A stretch of DNA of 64,000 nucleotides from Candidatus Omnitrophota bacterium (lineage in GTDB: Bacteria > Omnitrophota > Gorgyraeia > Tantalellales > Tantalellaceae), in NCBI GenBank assembly GCA_028715965.1, contig JAQUQS010000002.1:77368-141367 (forward strand), read 5' to 3'. The position numbers and the translations under genes are program-made. The notes beneath the pieces are model-generated. The model saw nothing but the letters and a program-made list of their open reading frames with translations. It ran no database searches and was not told the DNA's origin. Position 1 is the stretch's first letter; each line of letters opens with the position of its first letter. Positions 37,362 to 46,804 of this stretch are shown piece after piece.

Positions 37362-38777
37362 TCATGCCTTTCCCAGGATACGATCGATAACATGTTTCTC
37401 TTCTTTGAGCGTTATACACATTATGCATATGTCATCCTTGAACGGGCCCGACTTGAAAGATTCCAGCTCGCCTATAAGAGCGCTGTTGAGCTCTTCAGAT
37501 GTGGACCTCGAATGCGCGGCCAGAAGGTCGCGCAATCTTTGTTCCCCGTACTGCTCACCTTTGGCATTGAACGTTTCGGTCACCCCATCGGTATATAAAA
37601 GTATCCTTTCCGAATGCCCTATATTTACCGAGTCCTGGTAAATACCATCGTCAACATACGGCAACCCCAGAAGTGACGTCTGCGCGGCCAATTCCCTCAT
37701 CCCACCCGTCGCGGGATCGATAACATACTGGGGAGGATGTCCATGGTTCGAATATTGCAGTTCCATTTTTTTCATGTCCAGAAGCCCGCAGAACGCGGTA
37801 AGGTACATATCCGAACCGGCGAAATCCTCTTTTATGAACTCATTGAGGTCCCTCATAAGGACACCGGGCTCCTTCCCCTCCTTTGCCATGCGTTCGAACT
37901 CGGCATGTATCCTGTTGACCAGAAGCGCCGCCGGCACGCCATGGCCTGTTATGTCGCTTATAACAAAGAGGAGCCTTTCCCCCGGAAGGAGCACATATTT
38001 CACATAATCCCCCCCGATATAATAGACCGGCACATAGTCAATGGAAACATCGAACTTACGGGTGCTGACGGAATGGGAGATGATGCTCTTATGTATCCTG
38101 GACGCGAGTTCCAGCTCCCTGTTCACCTGCTCGTTCCTGGACTCCACCTCTTTCAGGAGGAGAAAATTCTGTATGTCCCTGTTCATCTCATAACGACGCA
38201 CGGTGAAACAGATGATGAACGACATGAGAAGAAAGATGATACCGTTGAAATAAAGCTCGAATTCCGCCTCCGCTCCCTCGATCTGGAAAAGGAACATGCT
38301 GGTCATGAAATGCAACGTATATGCCATGAAATGCATGAAGCCGAGCACCACTGTCTCTGAAGGACGCCATGGTATCGTCACGGAGACAAGAAAGAAGGAA
38401 AAAACGAATAACGGCCCTATACCGGCCAGCATCGCTTCCTTGCCGGACTCATCGCCAAAAACAAGGTTGAGCTGGACCATGAGCGCCAGGAGGAAAGCCG
38501 TATACAGATAAACACTGAGCTTCGCCGAGAACAGCGACTTCGCCTTATTGCTTATGAAAAGCATTACCGCGCCGCCCAGGGCCAGCAGAAGACCCACCAA
38601 TATCTCTTCCGGTTTATACCCTTCGGGAAAGAACATGTAGTAGAGCGCGTCGACCACCAAATAGATACTTATCGTCAACCGGCACAAGAGGCCCATCCGG
38701 GACCTGATGAGACTGATATATCCCTGGATGAACTCATCCCTGAACTCAGCGGGTATCTCTTTTTGGAACGCCGGCAT
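37362..38777 (-). CDS. Membrane sensor PP2C-type (SpoIIE/RsbU family) serine phosphatase
   Basis: N-terminal multi-TM region followed by a PPM domain (IGGDYV ... ISDITGHGVPAALL ... YTDGVTE). Confidence 0.8.
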   Translation of the reverse strand: MPAFQKEIPAEFRDEFIQGYISLIRSRMGLLCRLTISIYLVVDALYYMFFPEGYKPEEILVGLLLALGGAVMLFISNKAKSLFSAKLSVYLYTAFLLALMVQLNLVFGDESGKEAMLAGIGPLFVFSFFLVSVTIPWRPSETVVLGFMHFMAYTLHFMTSMFLFQIEGAEAEFELYFNGIIFLLMSFIICFTVRRYEMNRDIQNFLLLKEVESRNEQVNRELELASRIHKSIISHSVSTRKFDVSIDYVPVYYIGGDYVKYVLLPGERLLFVISDITGHGVPAALLVNRIHAEFERMAKEGKEPGVLMRDLNEFIKEDFAGSDMYLTAFCGLLDMKKMELQYSNHGHPPQYVIDPATGGMRELAAQTSLLGLPYVDDGIYQDSVNIGHSERILLYTDGVTETFNAKGEQYGEQRLRDLLAAHSRSTSEELNSALIGELESFKSGPFKDDICIMCITLKEEKHVIDRILGKA

Positions 38778-38972
38778 CCTGCTCCTTTTATTGATATGGG
38801 ATCACGCGAATATGGCTTTGTTAAATGAAAATAGCACAATAATCGCCTTATTTCAAGCTTATGCGTGATTTCCTTTCCCCAAAATCTCTTGCTTTTGGCC
38901 CCTGTTTGAAATATGATTACTTAAGCACCGTCTTCACCCGTTAGTGTTCTCATAAGACGTAATGATGCGGAC

Positions 38973-39872
38973 ATGTCAGGTATGCATATAAATGACCACA
39001 TATTCGGAGGCGTTGCCGCACTTATATCCGCGGCGGCATGGGCTTACGGTCCGATACTGTTCAGGGGATTGAGCGGTCGCTTCACTCCCGCGAGCCTCAA
39101 CCTGGCAAGATGCGTTCTCGGCGCGCTACTCCTGTCGGCCGTCATGCTGTTCTTCGGCGTCCAGCCATTATCCGCCCGTTCGGTCCTTTTCCTGGTCCTG
39201 AGCGGCGTATTCGGCATAGCCCTGGGTGACACCTTCTTCTTCAAGGGACTATTCCATATAGGACCCCGTATGGCCGTCGTTATGGAAACACTTTGCCCGG
39301 CCGTGACCGTTATCCTGGCGGTCATATTCCTTGGTGAGCGGCCCACCATACAGGCCTGGACCGGTATATTGCTTATAATCTCCGGCGTCAGCTGGGTGAT
39401 ATGGGAAAAAGGGCCGAAAGAACTCCTTAAGGAGAACTGGGCGAAAGGGGTCAAATTCGGGGTGCTTTCGGTGTTCTTCACTTCCATCGGCATAATACTC
39501 ACGAAGATCGGCGTCACTTCGTCCGGCCCGGTGACCTCGACAGTAATAAGGCTTATTTCGGGCGGGACCGTGTTATTCATCTTCGCCATACTGAGGCAAG
39601 AGCCTCTGGGATGGATAGCCCCGTTCAGGGAAGGCCGGGTATGCCTCCGGTTCTTCTCCGCCGTCATGATAGGTACTTGTATCGGGTTGCTCTTCTCTGT
39701 TATCGCGTTAAAATATACGGCGGCGTCCCTGGCGGTACCGCTTAACTCCACAAGCCCGATATTCGTTATTCCCATGGCGTACCTGGTGTTCGGGGAAAGG
39801 ATCTCACAGAGGTCCATGGTCGGAGCTTTCATGACCGTAGCGGGCGTGACCCTGGTCTTGCTTTTCAGTTGA
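38973..39872 (+). CDS. EamA/DMT-family transporter
   Basis: Ten TM segments and two EamA repeats. Confidence 0.8.
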   Translation: MSGMHINDHIFGGVAALISAAAWAYGPILFRGLSGRFTPASLNLARCVLGALLLSAVMLFFGVQPLSARSVLFLVLSGVFGIALGDTFFFKGLFHIGPRMAVVMETLCPAVTVILAVIFLGERPTIQAWTGILLIISGVSWVIWEKGPKELLKENWAKGVKFGVLSVFFTSIGIILTKIGVTSSGPVTSTVIRLISGGTVLFIFAILRQEPLGWIAPFREGRVCLRFFSAVMIGTCIGLLFSVIALKYTAASLAVPLNSTSPIFVIPMAYLVFGERISQRSMVGAFMTVAGVTLVLLFS

Positions 39873-40705
39873 AGGATGATGTGTATATGGACCATATGAT
39901 CGATATTGAACATGTCTCAAAAGATTATTGCGCGGGCGACGAACGCATAAGCGCCCTGGCTGACGTTTCCATGTCCATACCGGCAGGAAGCTTTTCCTGT
40001 ATCATCGGCCCATCCGGCTGCGGCAAGACCACGCTGCTCAGGATAATATCCGGCCTGGAAAAGCCTTCATCCGGCCGGGTCATGTTCTCCGGGGACAAGA
40101 ACGCCCAGTTCGCTTACGTTTTCCAGGACACACTTCTTTTCCCGTGGCTCACCGTATATGACAACGTGGAAGTCGTATTGAAGCATGCCGACGTATCCGT
40201 AAAAAAGGACCGCGCAACTATCGAAGAAAGCCTCGACAGGGTCGGCCTCCTCAAGTTCAGGGACCTTTATCCTTCCGAACTCTCCGGAGGCATGCTTAAA
40301 CGATTATCCATTGCGCGGGCCATAGCGGTCAGGCCTGCCGTGATACTCATGGATGAACCTTTCGTGTATCTTGATTTCCAGACCAGGGAATCGATGCACA
40401 ATCTTGTACTCGACCTGTACTCACAGGAAAAGACCACCGTGCTTTTCGTTACGCATGACATACGCGAAGCGATAATATTGAGTTCTCATATATACGTCAT
40501 GTCCTCGTCCCCGGGCCATATAAAATCAGGCCTAGACGTCCCGTTCGGATACCCGCGCGATATCGGCGACCTGTTGCATGCCGACGGTTTCCATGACATA
40601 TACTCTTCGGTAGATTCGCTGCTCAGGGAAGAGGTCAAAAAAACTTTCAGGAAAGAGGAGGAATACCTGTTGGAACACCGGGTCGGGAGGAAAAGGATAA
40701 GATGA
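39869..40705 (+). CDS. ABC transporter ATP-binding protein (NitT/TauT SsuB/TauB-like)
   Basis: Walker A GPSGCGKTT, LSGGMLKR signature, Walker B ILMDEP. ATGA overlap with the EamA gene. Confidence 0.85.
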   Translation: MKDDVYMDHMIDIEHVSKDYCAGDERISALADVSMSIPAGSFSCIIGPSGCGKTTLLRIISGLEKPSSGRVMFSGDKNAQFAYVFQDTLLFPWLTVYDNVEVVLKHADVSVKKDRATIEESLDRVGLLKFRDLYPSELSGGMLKRLSIARAIAVRPAVILMDEPFVYLDFQTRESMHNLVLDLYSQEKTTVLFVTHDIREAIILSSHIYVMSSSPGHIKSGLDVPFGYPRDIGDLLHADGFHDIYSSVDSLLREEVKKTFRKEEEYLLEHRVGRKRIR

Positions 40706-41469
40706 GGTTCGCACGCGGATTGAAACATATGCTCATGAACACATACTCCCCGCTCATACTCCTGGTACTGTGGGAAGTGTCCGTAAGATGTGGATTCGTG
40801 AACAGCATATTCATCCCTACCCCTTCTTCCCTCTTCTCCGAGTTCTCCCGTCTCGTCCTTGCTGGCACATTGGCAAAAGATTGCGGCATAAGCCTTATGC
40901 GCATACTCGCGGGACTCGTAGTGGGCGGCCTGCCCGGCCTTATCCTCGGCGTTTTCATGGGCCGGAAAAGGTCCGTATATCTCTTCATGAACCCGCTTGT
41001 GAACATGGCCTATCCGGTACCCAAAATAGCCTTGATCCCGTTCATAATACTCATGCTTGGCATCGGGGAAGCTTCAAAGATAACCGTTATCGCCCTCGGG
41101 GCTTTTTTCATAATGCTTATAAATACATGCCACGGCGTATCCTCTATTGATCGCCGGTATTTCGATGTGGCCCGGGTCTATAAGTTCTCCGCCATGGACA
41201 GATGGCTGGATATCATCATTCCCGCGTCCATGCCTTCCATGTTCAACGGGATAAGGCTCTCATCCGGGCTGTGCTTTTCACTGGTAGTGGCCGCTGAGTT
41301 CATCGGCGGGTCATCAGGGATAGGCTACAGGCTTTGGACATCATGGGAGGCTTTTGATATAAAACGCATGTTCGTCTCGCTAATAGTGATATCCCTTATG
41401 GGATGGGCCTTCAACGCGATCATAGACATGATCGGAGAGCGCGCCATGCCCTGGAAGGCCCGGACTTAG
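40702..41469 (+). CDS. ABC transporter permease (SsuC/TauC-like, BPD_transp_1)
   Basis: Six TM helices with a conserved EAA-like loop. Overlaps the ATPase gene by 4 nt. No substrate-binding protein gene lies nearby. Confidence 0.8.
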   Translation: MRFARGLKHMLMNTYSPLILLVLWEVSVRCGFVNSIFIPTPSSLFSEFSRLVLAGTLAKDCGISLMRILAGLVVGGLPGLILGVFMGRKRSVYLFMNPLVNMAYPVPKIALIPFIILMLGIGEASKITVIALGAFFIMLINTCHGVSSIDRRYFDVARVYKFSAMDRWLDIIIPASMPSMFNGIRLSSGLCFSLVVAAEFIGGSSGIGYRLWTSWEAFDIKRMFVSLIVISLMGWAFNAIIDMIGERAMPWKART

Positions 41470-42377
41470 CGGAACTCGCCGCGTTCCCTGCCCTCAAGGT
41501 ATCTTCTTCTCACAAGCCAGTTAAAAATGATGTAGAACGGGGCGAAGATCATTCTCAGGCACAACGCGGTCCTTGATACGGTCTTTACCTCGGCATCTGA
41601 TGGGACATATTCCTCCTCAAGAAGGTCTGCCGGGCACCTCTTTTCCCCGCCAGGGGCCGCAATATCCATTCCTCTTTTCTTTATTCCATCCTCCACTACG
41701 CCCCTTATCACCGGCATCATCATCTCTACATACTTCGCGACCGTCCCTTCACGCGTAGCCGCCGGGCTCACGCGCTGTCTTAAGTTCGAAAAGAACGTGA
41801 ACCAGCACAACGGCTGTATGTATTTAGTGCTAAAGACCTCGAACCCGGTCCTGTACCCTTTATCCTTGAGGTATTTCCTGGTTTTGACATTGAGATCATA
41901 TATCGGATTGATGAACTCCAGCCCATATCCGTGATACAGTCCCCTTATGGCGTTTATGAACCCGACCTTATGGGAACTATGGTGATACTCCGCCCTTGTG
42001 GCCCCGTCCGCGCATACCGTGATCCCGTGTTCCAGGCAGTACAATATTGACGCGGCGCGCATGGAAAGCTGGCAGGTACAGCACCACATCCCCAGGGGGG
42101 ACCATTCACTCCCGAACGAAGCGCAGTTCTCAGGATATTTTTCAAGCAGTTTTTTCTGCACGCCCCTTATGTCCACTATTTTGTGCACGAACTTAGTATC
42201 CGGGTGTTCCCGTTCGAGATGCGCCAGGTTGCTCCGGGAAAGTCCCAGGAACACCTCCGTCAGCACCCTGAATGTGACAAGATGTACTTCTTTTGCCTTG
42301 CCGGCCAGTACGGTGGCCGCGGTGAGGGAATCGTATCCTCCTGAAAAATTAAGCATGACCTTATCTATATTTCGCAT
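41466..42377 (-). CDS. PP-loop ATP pyrophosphatase superfamily protein (adenine nucleotide alpha-hydrolase-like)
   Basis: N-terminal VMLNFSGGYDS (SGGxDS PP-loop) in a QueC/TtcA-like arrangement (KEVHLVTF). Internal Cys cluster WCCTC...C. C-terminal hydrophobic helix. The 5' end overlaps the upstream radical SAM gene by 17 nt. Confidence 0.65.
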   Translation of the reverse strand: MRNIDKVMLNFSGGYDSLTAATVLAGKAKEVHLVTFRVLTEVFLGLSRSNLAHLEREHPDTKFVHKIVDIRGVQKKLLEKYPENCASFGSEWSPLGMWCCTCQLSMRAASILYCLEHGITVCADGATRAEYHHSSHKVGFINAIRGLYHGYGLEFINPIYDLNVKTRKYLKDKGYRTGFEVFSTKYIQPLCWFTFFSNLRQRVSPAATREGTVAKYVEMMMPVIRGVVEDGIKKRGMDIAAPGGEKRCPADLLEEEYVPSDAEVKTVSRTALCLRMIFAPFYIIFNWLVRRRYLEGRERGEFR

Positions 42378-43800
42378 AAGGGTTCAATTCTCCTTCCGCG
42401 TACACTTCACGCGGAAATGGGATATATTCCATCTGGTAAAAGTACTCACAAACCTCATCAGCTATAAAACGTCCTTTTCCCGTAAGGTAGATCTTTTTAT
42501 CGTCCACCCCGATGAGCCCGTATCCTTCGAGCGTCTTTATCCCATCGGCGAAACGTTCCGATATGTCGATGCCTGTCCGGGTCCTGTACATCTCTTTATA
42601 TACTTTGCCCCAGCATTTGAGAGGCATTACAAGGGCCCTTATGGCATCCTCTTCTTGTGTGCGTTCCTTTCCCGATACGATAGGCATCCTACCCGCCGCT
42701 ACACGCGCGCAGTATTCCTTCATATCCTTTCGCACGTTCCACGCGATCTTCCTGGCGTATCCGCTCCAGGAAGAAAGCCCTACTCCCATAACGTCATGCA
42801 ACAAACAGCTGAAATCCCTGGCGTATCGCGACATCGCCGCGACGTCCCTCGCAAAAACCCTCGTAAGGTTCTCCTTATACCCCTTCTGCCCGCTGATCAC
42901 TATGCCGAGGGCCTTCATCAACCTTATGTCATTTATATGTCCCTCTTCCGCCACAAGCCCGGGATACAGCGTCTTTATCGCCCCCTCTTCCGGGCCGTAA
43001 GGCTTGACGCGCAAACGATATAACTGAAGCTCCTCGGGCTCAAGGCCCACGGCCTTCCCCATATCGTCCATCCATCCCTTGACCGTTTGCCCCGGATAAC
43101 CGTAAATAAGTTCGATACATATGTTATTGAAGCCGGCCACGCGTGCCTGTTCGAACGCGCGGACCGCGTCGGCGGCGTTATGCGCCCGTCCCATGCCTTC
43201 CAGTATCCTGTCGTCAAAGGACTGCATCCCGATAGTCAACCTGTCCACACCATATTCACGCAGTATCCTGAGTTTTTCAGAACCCTCAGGCCCGAGCAAA
43301 GTGGTCGGGTCCACGTCGAACGAGAGCTGAGAACAGGAGGAAATGTCCACGCGGTCCATGAACCCAGCCATAAAGAACGACAAGAGCTCCGGGGACATAT
43401 CGGTCGGGGTCCCTCCCCCCACCAGTATGGACCTGGCCTTGACCCTCTCCACCCCGGTAGCCGCCATATACATATCCATCTCTCTCAACATGGACCTTAT
43501 ATATGTTTTTTTCTCCTCCTCAGGACAATTGACACATACCGCGAAATGGCAGAACACGCATTTCTTCCGGCAAAAAGGTATATGCGCGTATACGACCACC
43601 TTGCCGTCCCCTTCAGGACGATAACCGCTGAAATACCCTTCCGGCGTGATTTCCGGATATGTTTCTATCGGGGGATAGTGTATGGACGGGGCGAACATAT
43701 CCCCGGACGCGATCATCCCGGCCCCCTGGAGCGCGTTAAGATCAAAAGCCTCAAGCATGGCTACGGCGTGATCTATCTGGTCATTTTGCGCGCTTTTCAT
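42361..43800 (-). CDS. HemN-like radical SAM protein (coproporphyrinogen dehydrogenase / class C radical SAM methyltransferase family)
   Basis: HIPFCRKKCVFCHF (CxxxCxFC), GGGTPT, and a HemN-like length of 479 aa. The start overlaps the upstream methyltransferase stop (ATGA). Confidence 0.8.
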   Translation of the reverse strand: MKSAQNDQIDHAVAMLEAFDLNALQGAGMIASGDMFAPSIHYPPIETYPEITPEGYFSGYRPEGDGKVVVYAHIPFCRKKCVFCHFAVCVNCPEEEKKTYIRSMLREMDMYMAATGVERVKARSILVGGGTPTDMSPELLSFFMAGFMDRVDISSCSQLSFDVDPTTLLGPEGSEKLRILREYGVDRLTIGMQSFDDRILEGMGRAHNAADAVRAFEQARVAGFNNICIELIYGYPGQTVKGWMDDMGKAVGLEPEELQLYRLRVKPYGPEEGAIKTLYPGLVAEEGHINDIRLMKALGIVISGQKGYKENLTRVFARDVAAMSRYARDFSCLLHDVMGVGLSSWSGYARKIAWNVRKDMKEYCARVAAGRMPIVSGKERTQEEDAIRALVMPLKCWGKVYKEMYRTRTGIDISERFADGIKTLEGYGLIGVDDKKIYLTGKGRFIADEVCEYFYQMEYIPFPREVYAEGELNPYAKYR

Positions 43801-44687
43801 ATATCGCCATCCCCGCTAGCCGCTGGTTTCTCAAAAATAAAGAAGAACATATACCTTCCATGGAAGAACCTTTGTTTTTCGCTCATCATCCTGTACATAT
43901 CCGTATCCTTGAATCTTCCCATTTGCCGGCCATGTTCCGCGGAAAGGTAAAGATCCTGCTCCTCTACGAACCGCAATCCTATACTCTCAAAATTCCGTTT
44001 CACGATATCCAGGTCACGCGCTATCACCAGCATTCCGTACGCGCTGCCGCCGGGCATACTTATCTCTTCCTGTCTTGGATCATCCACAAGATCTATCACG
44101 GCTATCCTGCCGCCGGGTTTCAAGGCCTTATACACGCTTTTCATGAATATACGCTGGTCGTTGAACGTGCTCCTCAGGTCATATGGTAACGCTTCGTCAT
44201 TCGGGTCAAAGAGGAAAATAGCGCTCAAGAGGAAAAAAGCCATGTCAACGGAGTTTTCCGGCAAGGTTATATCCCTGACCTCATTCTTTACAAGCGTAAT
44301 GTTGTCGTAAGGGTTGGCCTTTCTGTCAGACATGCGCTCCTCAAAATAATTCTTGAGGTCGTACGGCCACCTTATATCCACCGCGTATACCCTTCCGGCC
44401 GGGCCTACGGCCCTGGCCAGAGGGAAAGTGAAATACCCGGCGCCCGCCCCTACATCCGCCACCACATCTCCCTGTCCAAGAGCCAGCAAGCTGACGGCCT
44501 TCTCCGGATAGAACACCATATCCCGATCGGGCATCACCCAGTATTCCCAGTATCTGTAGGCATTCTCGACCTCCCGGTCACCCTGGATATCCGGCGTCTT
44601 TTCCCCGGCGCATCCAATGAACATGGATACGCACAGGAGCACCAAAAACGAACACACGCATGGATCCTTCCGGGACACGCCGCTCAC
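43797..44687 (-). CDS. Class I SAM-dependent methyltransferase with an N-terminal signal peptide or lipobox-like anchor
   Basis: Signal-like CSFLVLLCVSMFIGCAGE and the methyltransferase motif I VADVGAGAGYFTFPLA. Confidence 0.7.
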   Translation of the reverse strand: MSGVSRKDPCVCSFLVLLCVSMFIGCAGEKTPDIQGDREVENAYRYWEYWVMPDRDMVFYPEKAVSLLALGQGDVVADVGAGAGYFTFPLARAVGPAGRVYAVDIRWPYDLKNYFEERMSDRKANPYDNITLVKNEVRDITLPENSVDMAFFLLSAIFLFDPNDEALPYDLRSTFNDQRIFMKSVYKALKPGGRIAVIDLVDDPRQEEISMPGGSAYGMLVIARDLDIVKRNFESIGLRFVEEQDLYLSAEHGRQMGRFKDTDMYRMMSEKQRFFHGRYMFFFIFEKPAASGDGDI

Positions 44688-44702
44688 AGGTAAATTCCTT
44701 TC

Positions 44703-44730
44703 TTGCTAAAACGGTCTTATGGTTTATAAT
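44703..44730 (+). promoter_or_regulatory. Sigma70-like promoter for the polyprenyl synthetase-ispH unit
   Basis: Plus strand TTGCTA-N16-TATAAT (44703-44708 and 44725-44730). It sits in the AT-rich divergent intergenic region. Confidence 0.4.
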
Positions 44731-44824
44731 GTATGATGTGCCGACAAGGGATCATTCCCCTTAGAGTAATATTATACATATAGTATCTCATTAAGACACA
44801 TAATTATAGCAGAAAGACCTGGTC

Positions 44825-45907
44825 ATGCCGTATTATCCGATAGACCACCTCAGAAAAGATATCAACGACACTCTCGAAGGGATATTATCCGGCTCTTCCG
44901 GCTTTCCCGAAATGAAATCCACCTCTCCGGAACTGGCGAAGAACCTGCATGGTTTCATCACCCGTAAGGGTAAACGTATCCGCCCGCTCCTTTTCCTCAT
45001 AAGCTATCTGGGATATACTCCCAGGAGAAAAATGAATTATCCGGGGCTCTTGAGGTCCGCCGCCTCGATAGAATTGCTGCACGATTTCCTGCTGGTACAT
45101 GACGACGTTATCGACAATTCGGACCTGAGGCGCGGAAAACCGTCGCTGCACAGGGTGTTCAACAAGACGTTCCGCGTAACAGCCCATGACAGGCTGGGGT
45201 ATGACCTCAGCATAGTGGCCGGCGACATACTTTACGCCCTCGCGATCGAGAACTTCCTGTCCGTGGACGAGGACCCCGAACTCAAGGAAAAAGCCCTCCG
45301 TATCTTCACGGGTTCGGCCGTACTGACCGGCATAGGCGAATATATCGACGTGGTGAACAACACAAGGAATATCGACAAGCTCTCCCACAACGATATCGCG
45401 AGCACCTATATACTCAAAACAGCAAAATATACCTTCGAGGGCCCCATGCTGGCGGGATCCGTACTCGCCGGCGTAGGCGTAAAAGAACAGGAACGGATAT
45501 CGGAAATGGCCCTTTCCCTTGGCCAGGCCTTCCAGATACACGACGACCTTATCGATATCTTCTCCACTTCGGGAGACACCGGGAAACCCATGTTCTCAGA
45601 CCTAAATGAATCAAAAAAAACGCTGATCGCGTGGAGAACATGCCATTCCCTCAGGGGAAAGGACCGGGATTCCTTCAGGAAGGTCCTGGGAAAAAAGAAC
45701 AAAACAGCCGCCGACCTCAAAAGGCTTTACAACATGATAACGGGCACAGGAGCCGGGGAATTCTGCCGCGGGGAGACTATCGCCCTGTTGGACAAAGCGA
45801 TGGACTCCTGCCTTGAACTGAAAATAAACGCCAGATACAAAGAGGAACTCGTTTCCATGATAATCCGTTTGGCGAAAAAGACCGAAAAACTTCGCATACC
45901 TTCTTGA
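44825..45907 (+). CDS. Polyprenyl diphosphate synthase (trans-isoprenyl diphosphate synthase)
   Basis: First DDxxD motif (LLVHDDVIDNSDLRRGKPS) and second motif (FQIHDDLIDIF). Confidence 0.85.
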   Translation: MPYYPIDHLRKDINDTLEGILSGSSGFPEMKSTSPELAKNLHGFITRKGKRIRPLLFLISYLGYTPRRKMNYPGLLRSAASIELLHDFLLVHDDVIDNSDLRRGKPSLHRVFNKTFRVTAHDRLGYDLSIVAGDILYALAIENFLSVDEDPELKEKALRIFTGSAVLTGIGEYIDVVNNTRNIDKLSHNDIASTYILKTAKYTFEGPMLAGSVLAGVGVKEQERISEMALSLGQAFQIHDDLIDIFSTSGDTGKPMFSDLNESKKTLIAWRTCHSLRGKDRDSFRKVLGKKNKTAADLKRLYNMITGTGAGEFCRGETIALLDKAMDSCLELKINARYKEELVSMIIRLAKKTEKLRIPS

Positions 45908-45911
45908 ACAC

Positions 45912-46787
45912 ATGAAAATAAACATCGCTAAAAGTTCCGGGTTCTGTTTCGGGGTCAAAAGGGCCATAGAGATCAGCAGTTCCCTGGCCTGCCCGGGCAA
46001 AAAAGTATATGTGCTGGGCGATATAGTACATAACAGCTTTGTAGTCGAGGACCTTAGGAAAAAAGGCATCAAAAAGATCGAACAGATACGCCCCATGAAG
46101 AACGCGACCCTCATTATTCGGGCCCATGGTGCCGGAAAGAGCACTTTCCTCAAAGCTGAAAAATGTGGGTTCAAGATAGTCGACGCTACCTGCCCCAAGG
46201 TAAAAGAGATATACAAGATAGCCCGCCAGCTGGAGAAGTCCCACAGGATAATAATCATAGGCGATGCCGGGCATGACGAGGTCAAGGGCATAGCCGGACA
46301 GTTGGAGCATAAACCCATAGTGGTCGAATCCCCCGGGACCGTCCCCTTCGGCAAGTTGAGGAATTTCAGGAAGGCAGCGGTAATAACACAATCCACACAG
46401 ACATTGGACAACATAAACAGCACTATGGACGTTCTCAGGTCGGTCCTGCCTGATGTGGAACTTTATAATACGACCTGCCGGACGACCCACATAAAACAGG
46501 AGGAGATCAATAGACTACCACGCAACAATGACGTCGTCCTGATAATCGGCTCCAAGACAAGCGCGAACACAAAAAGACTGTTCCAGATATCACGTAAGAT
46601 CAACAATAAAACATACTGGATAGAGTCTTCCAGGGGCCTGCGTTCCTCATGGTTGACCGGAGCGCGAAGCGTAGGCATAATGGCCGGGGCGTCCACACCC
46701 GACAAGATAACGGATGCCGTGGTCAAAAAGCTCAAGTCATTCGGGAATAGCACCGGTAAGCGGCCTTCCCGGCAGAGCGCGAAATAG
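45912..46787 (+). CDS. ispH: 4-hydroxy-3-methylbut-2-enyl diphosphate reductase
   Basis: N-terminal SGFCFGVKRAI plus three conserved Cys (C12, ...ATCP..., ...TTC...) and a LytB fold. Confidence 0.9.
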   Translation: MKINIAKSSGFCFGVKRAIEISSSLACPGKKVYVLGDIVHNSFVVEDLRKKGIKKIEQIRPMKNATLIIRAHGAGKSTFLKAEKCGFKIVDATCPKVKEIYKIARQLEKSHRIIIIGDAGHDEVKGIAGQLEHKPIVVESPGTVPFGKLRNFRKAAVITQSTQTLDNINSTMDVLRSVLPDVELYNTTCRTTHIKQEEINRLPRNNDVVLIIGSKTSANTKRLFQISRKINNKTYWIESSRGLRSSWLTGARSVGIMAGASTPDKITDAVVKKLKSFGNSTGKRPSRQSAK

Positions 46788-46804
46788 TTCCATCCCGATA
46801 CGCC

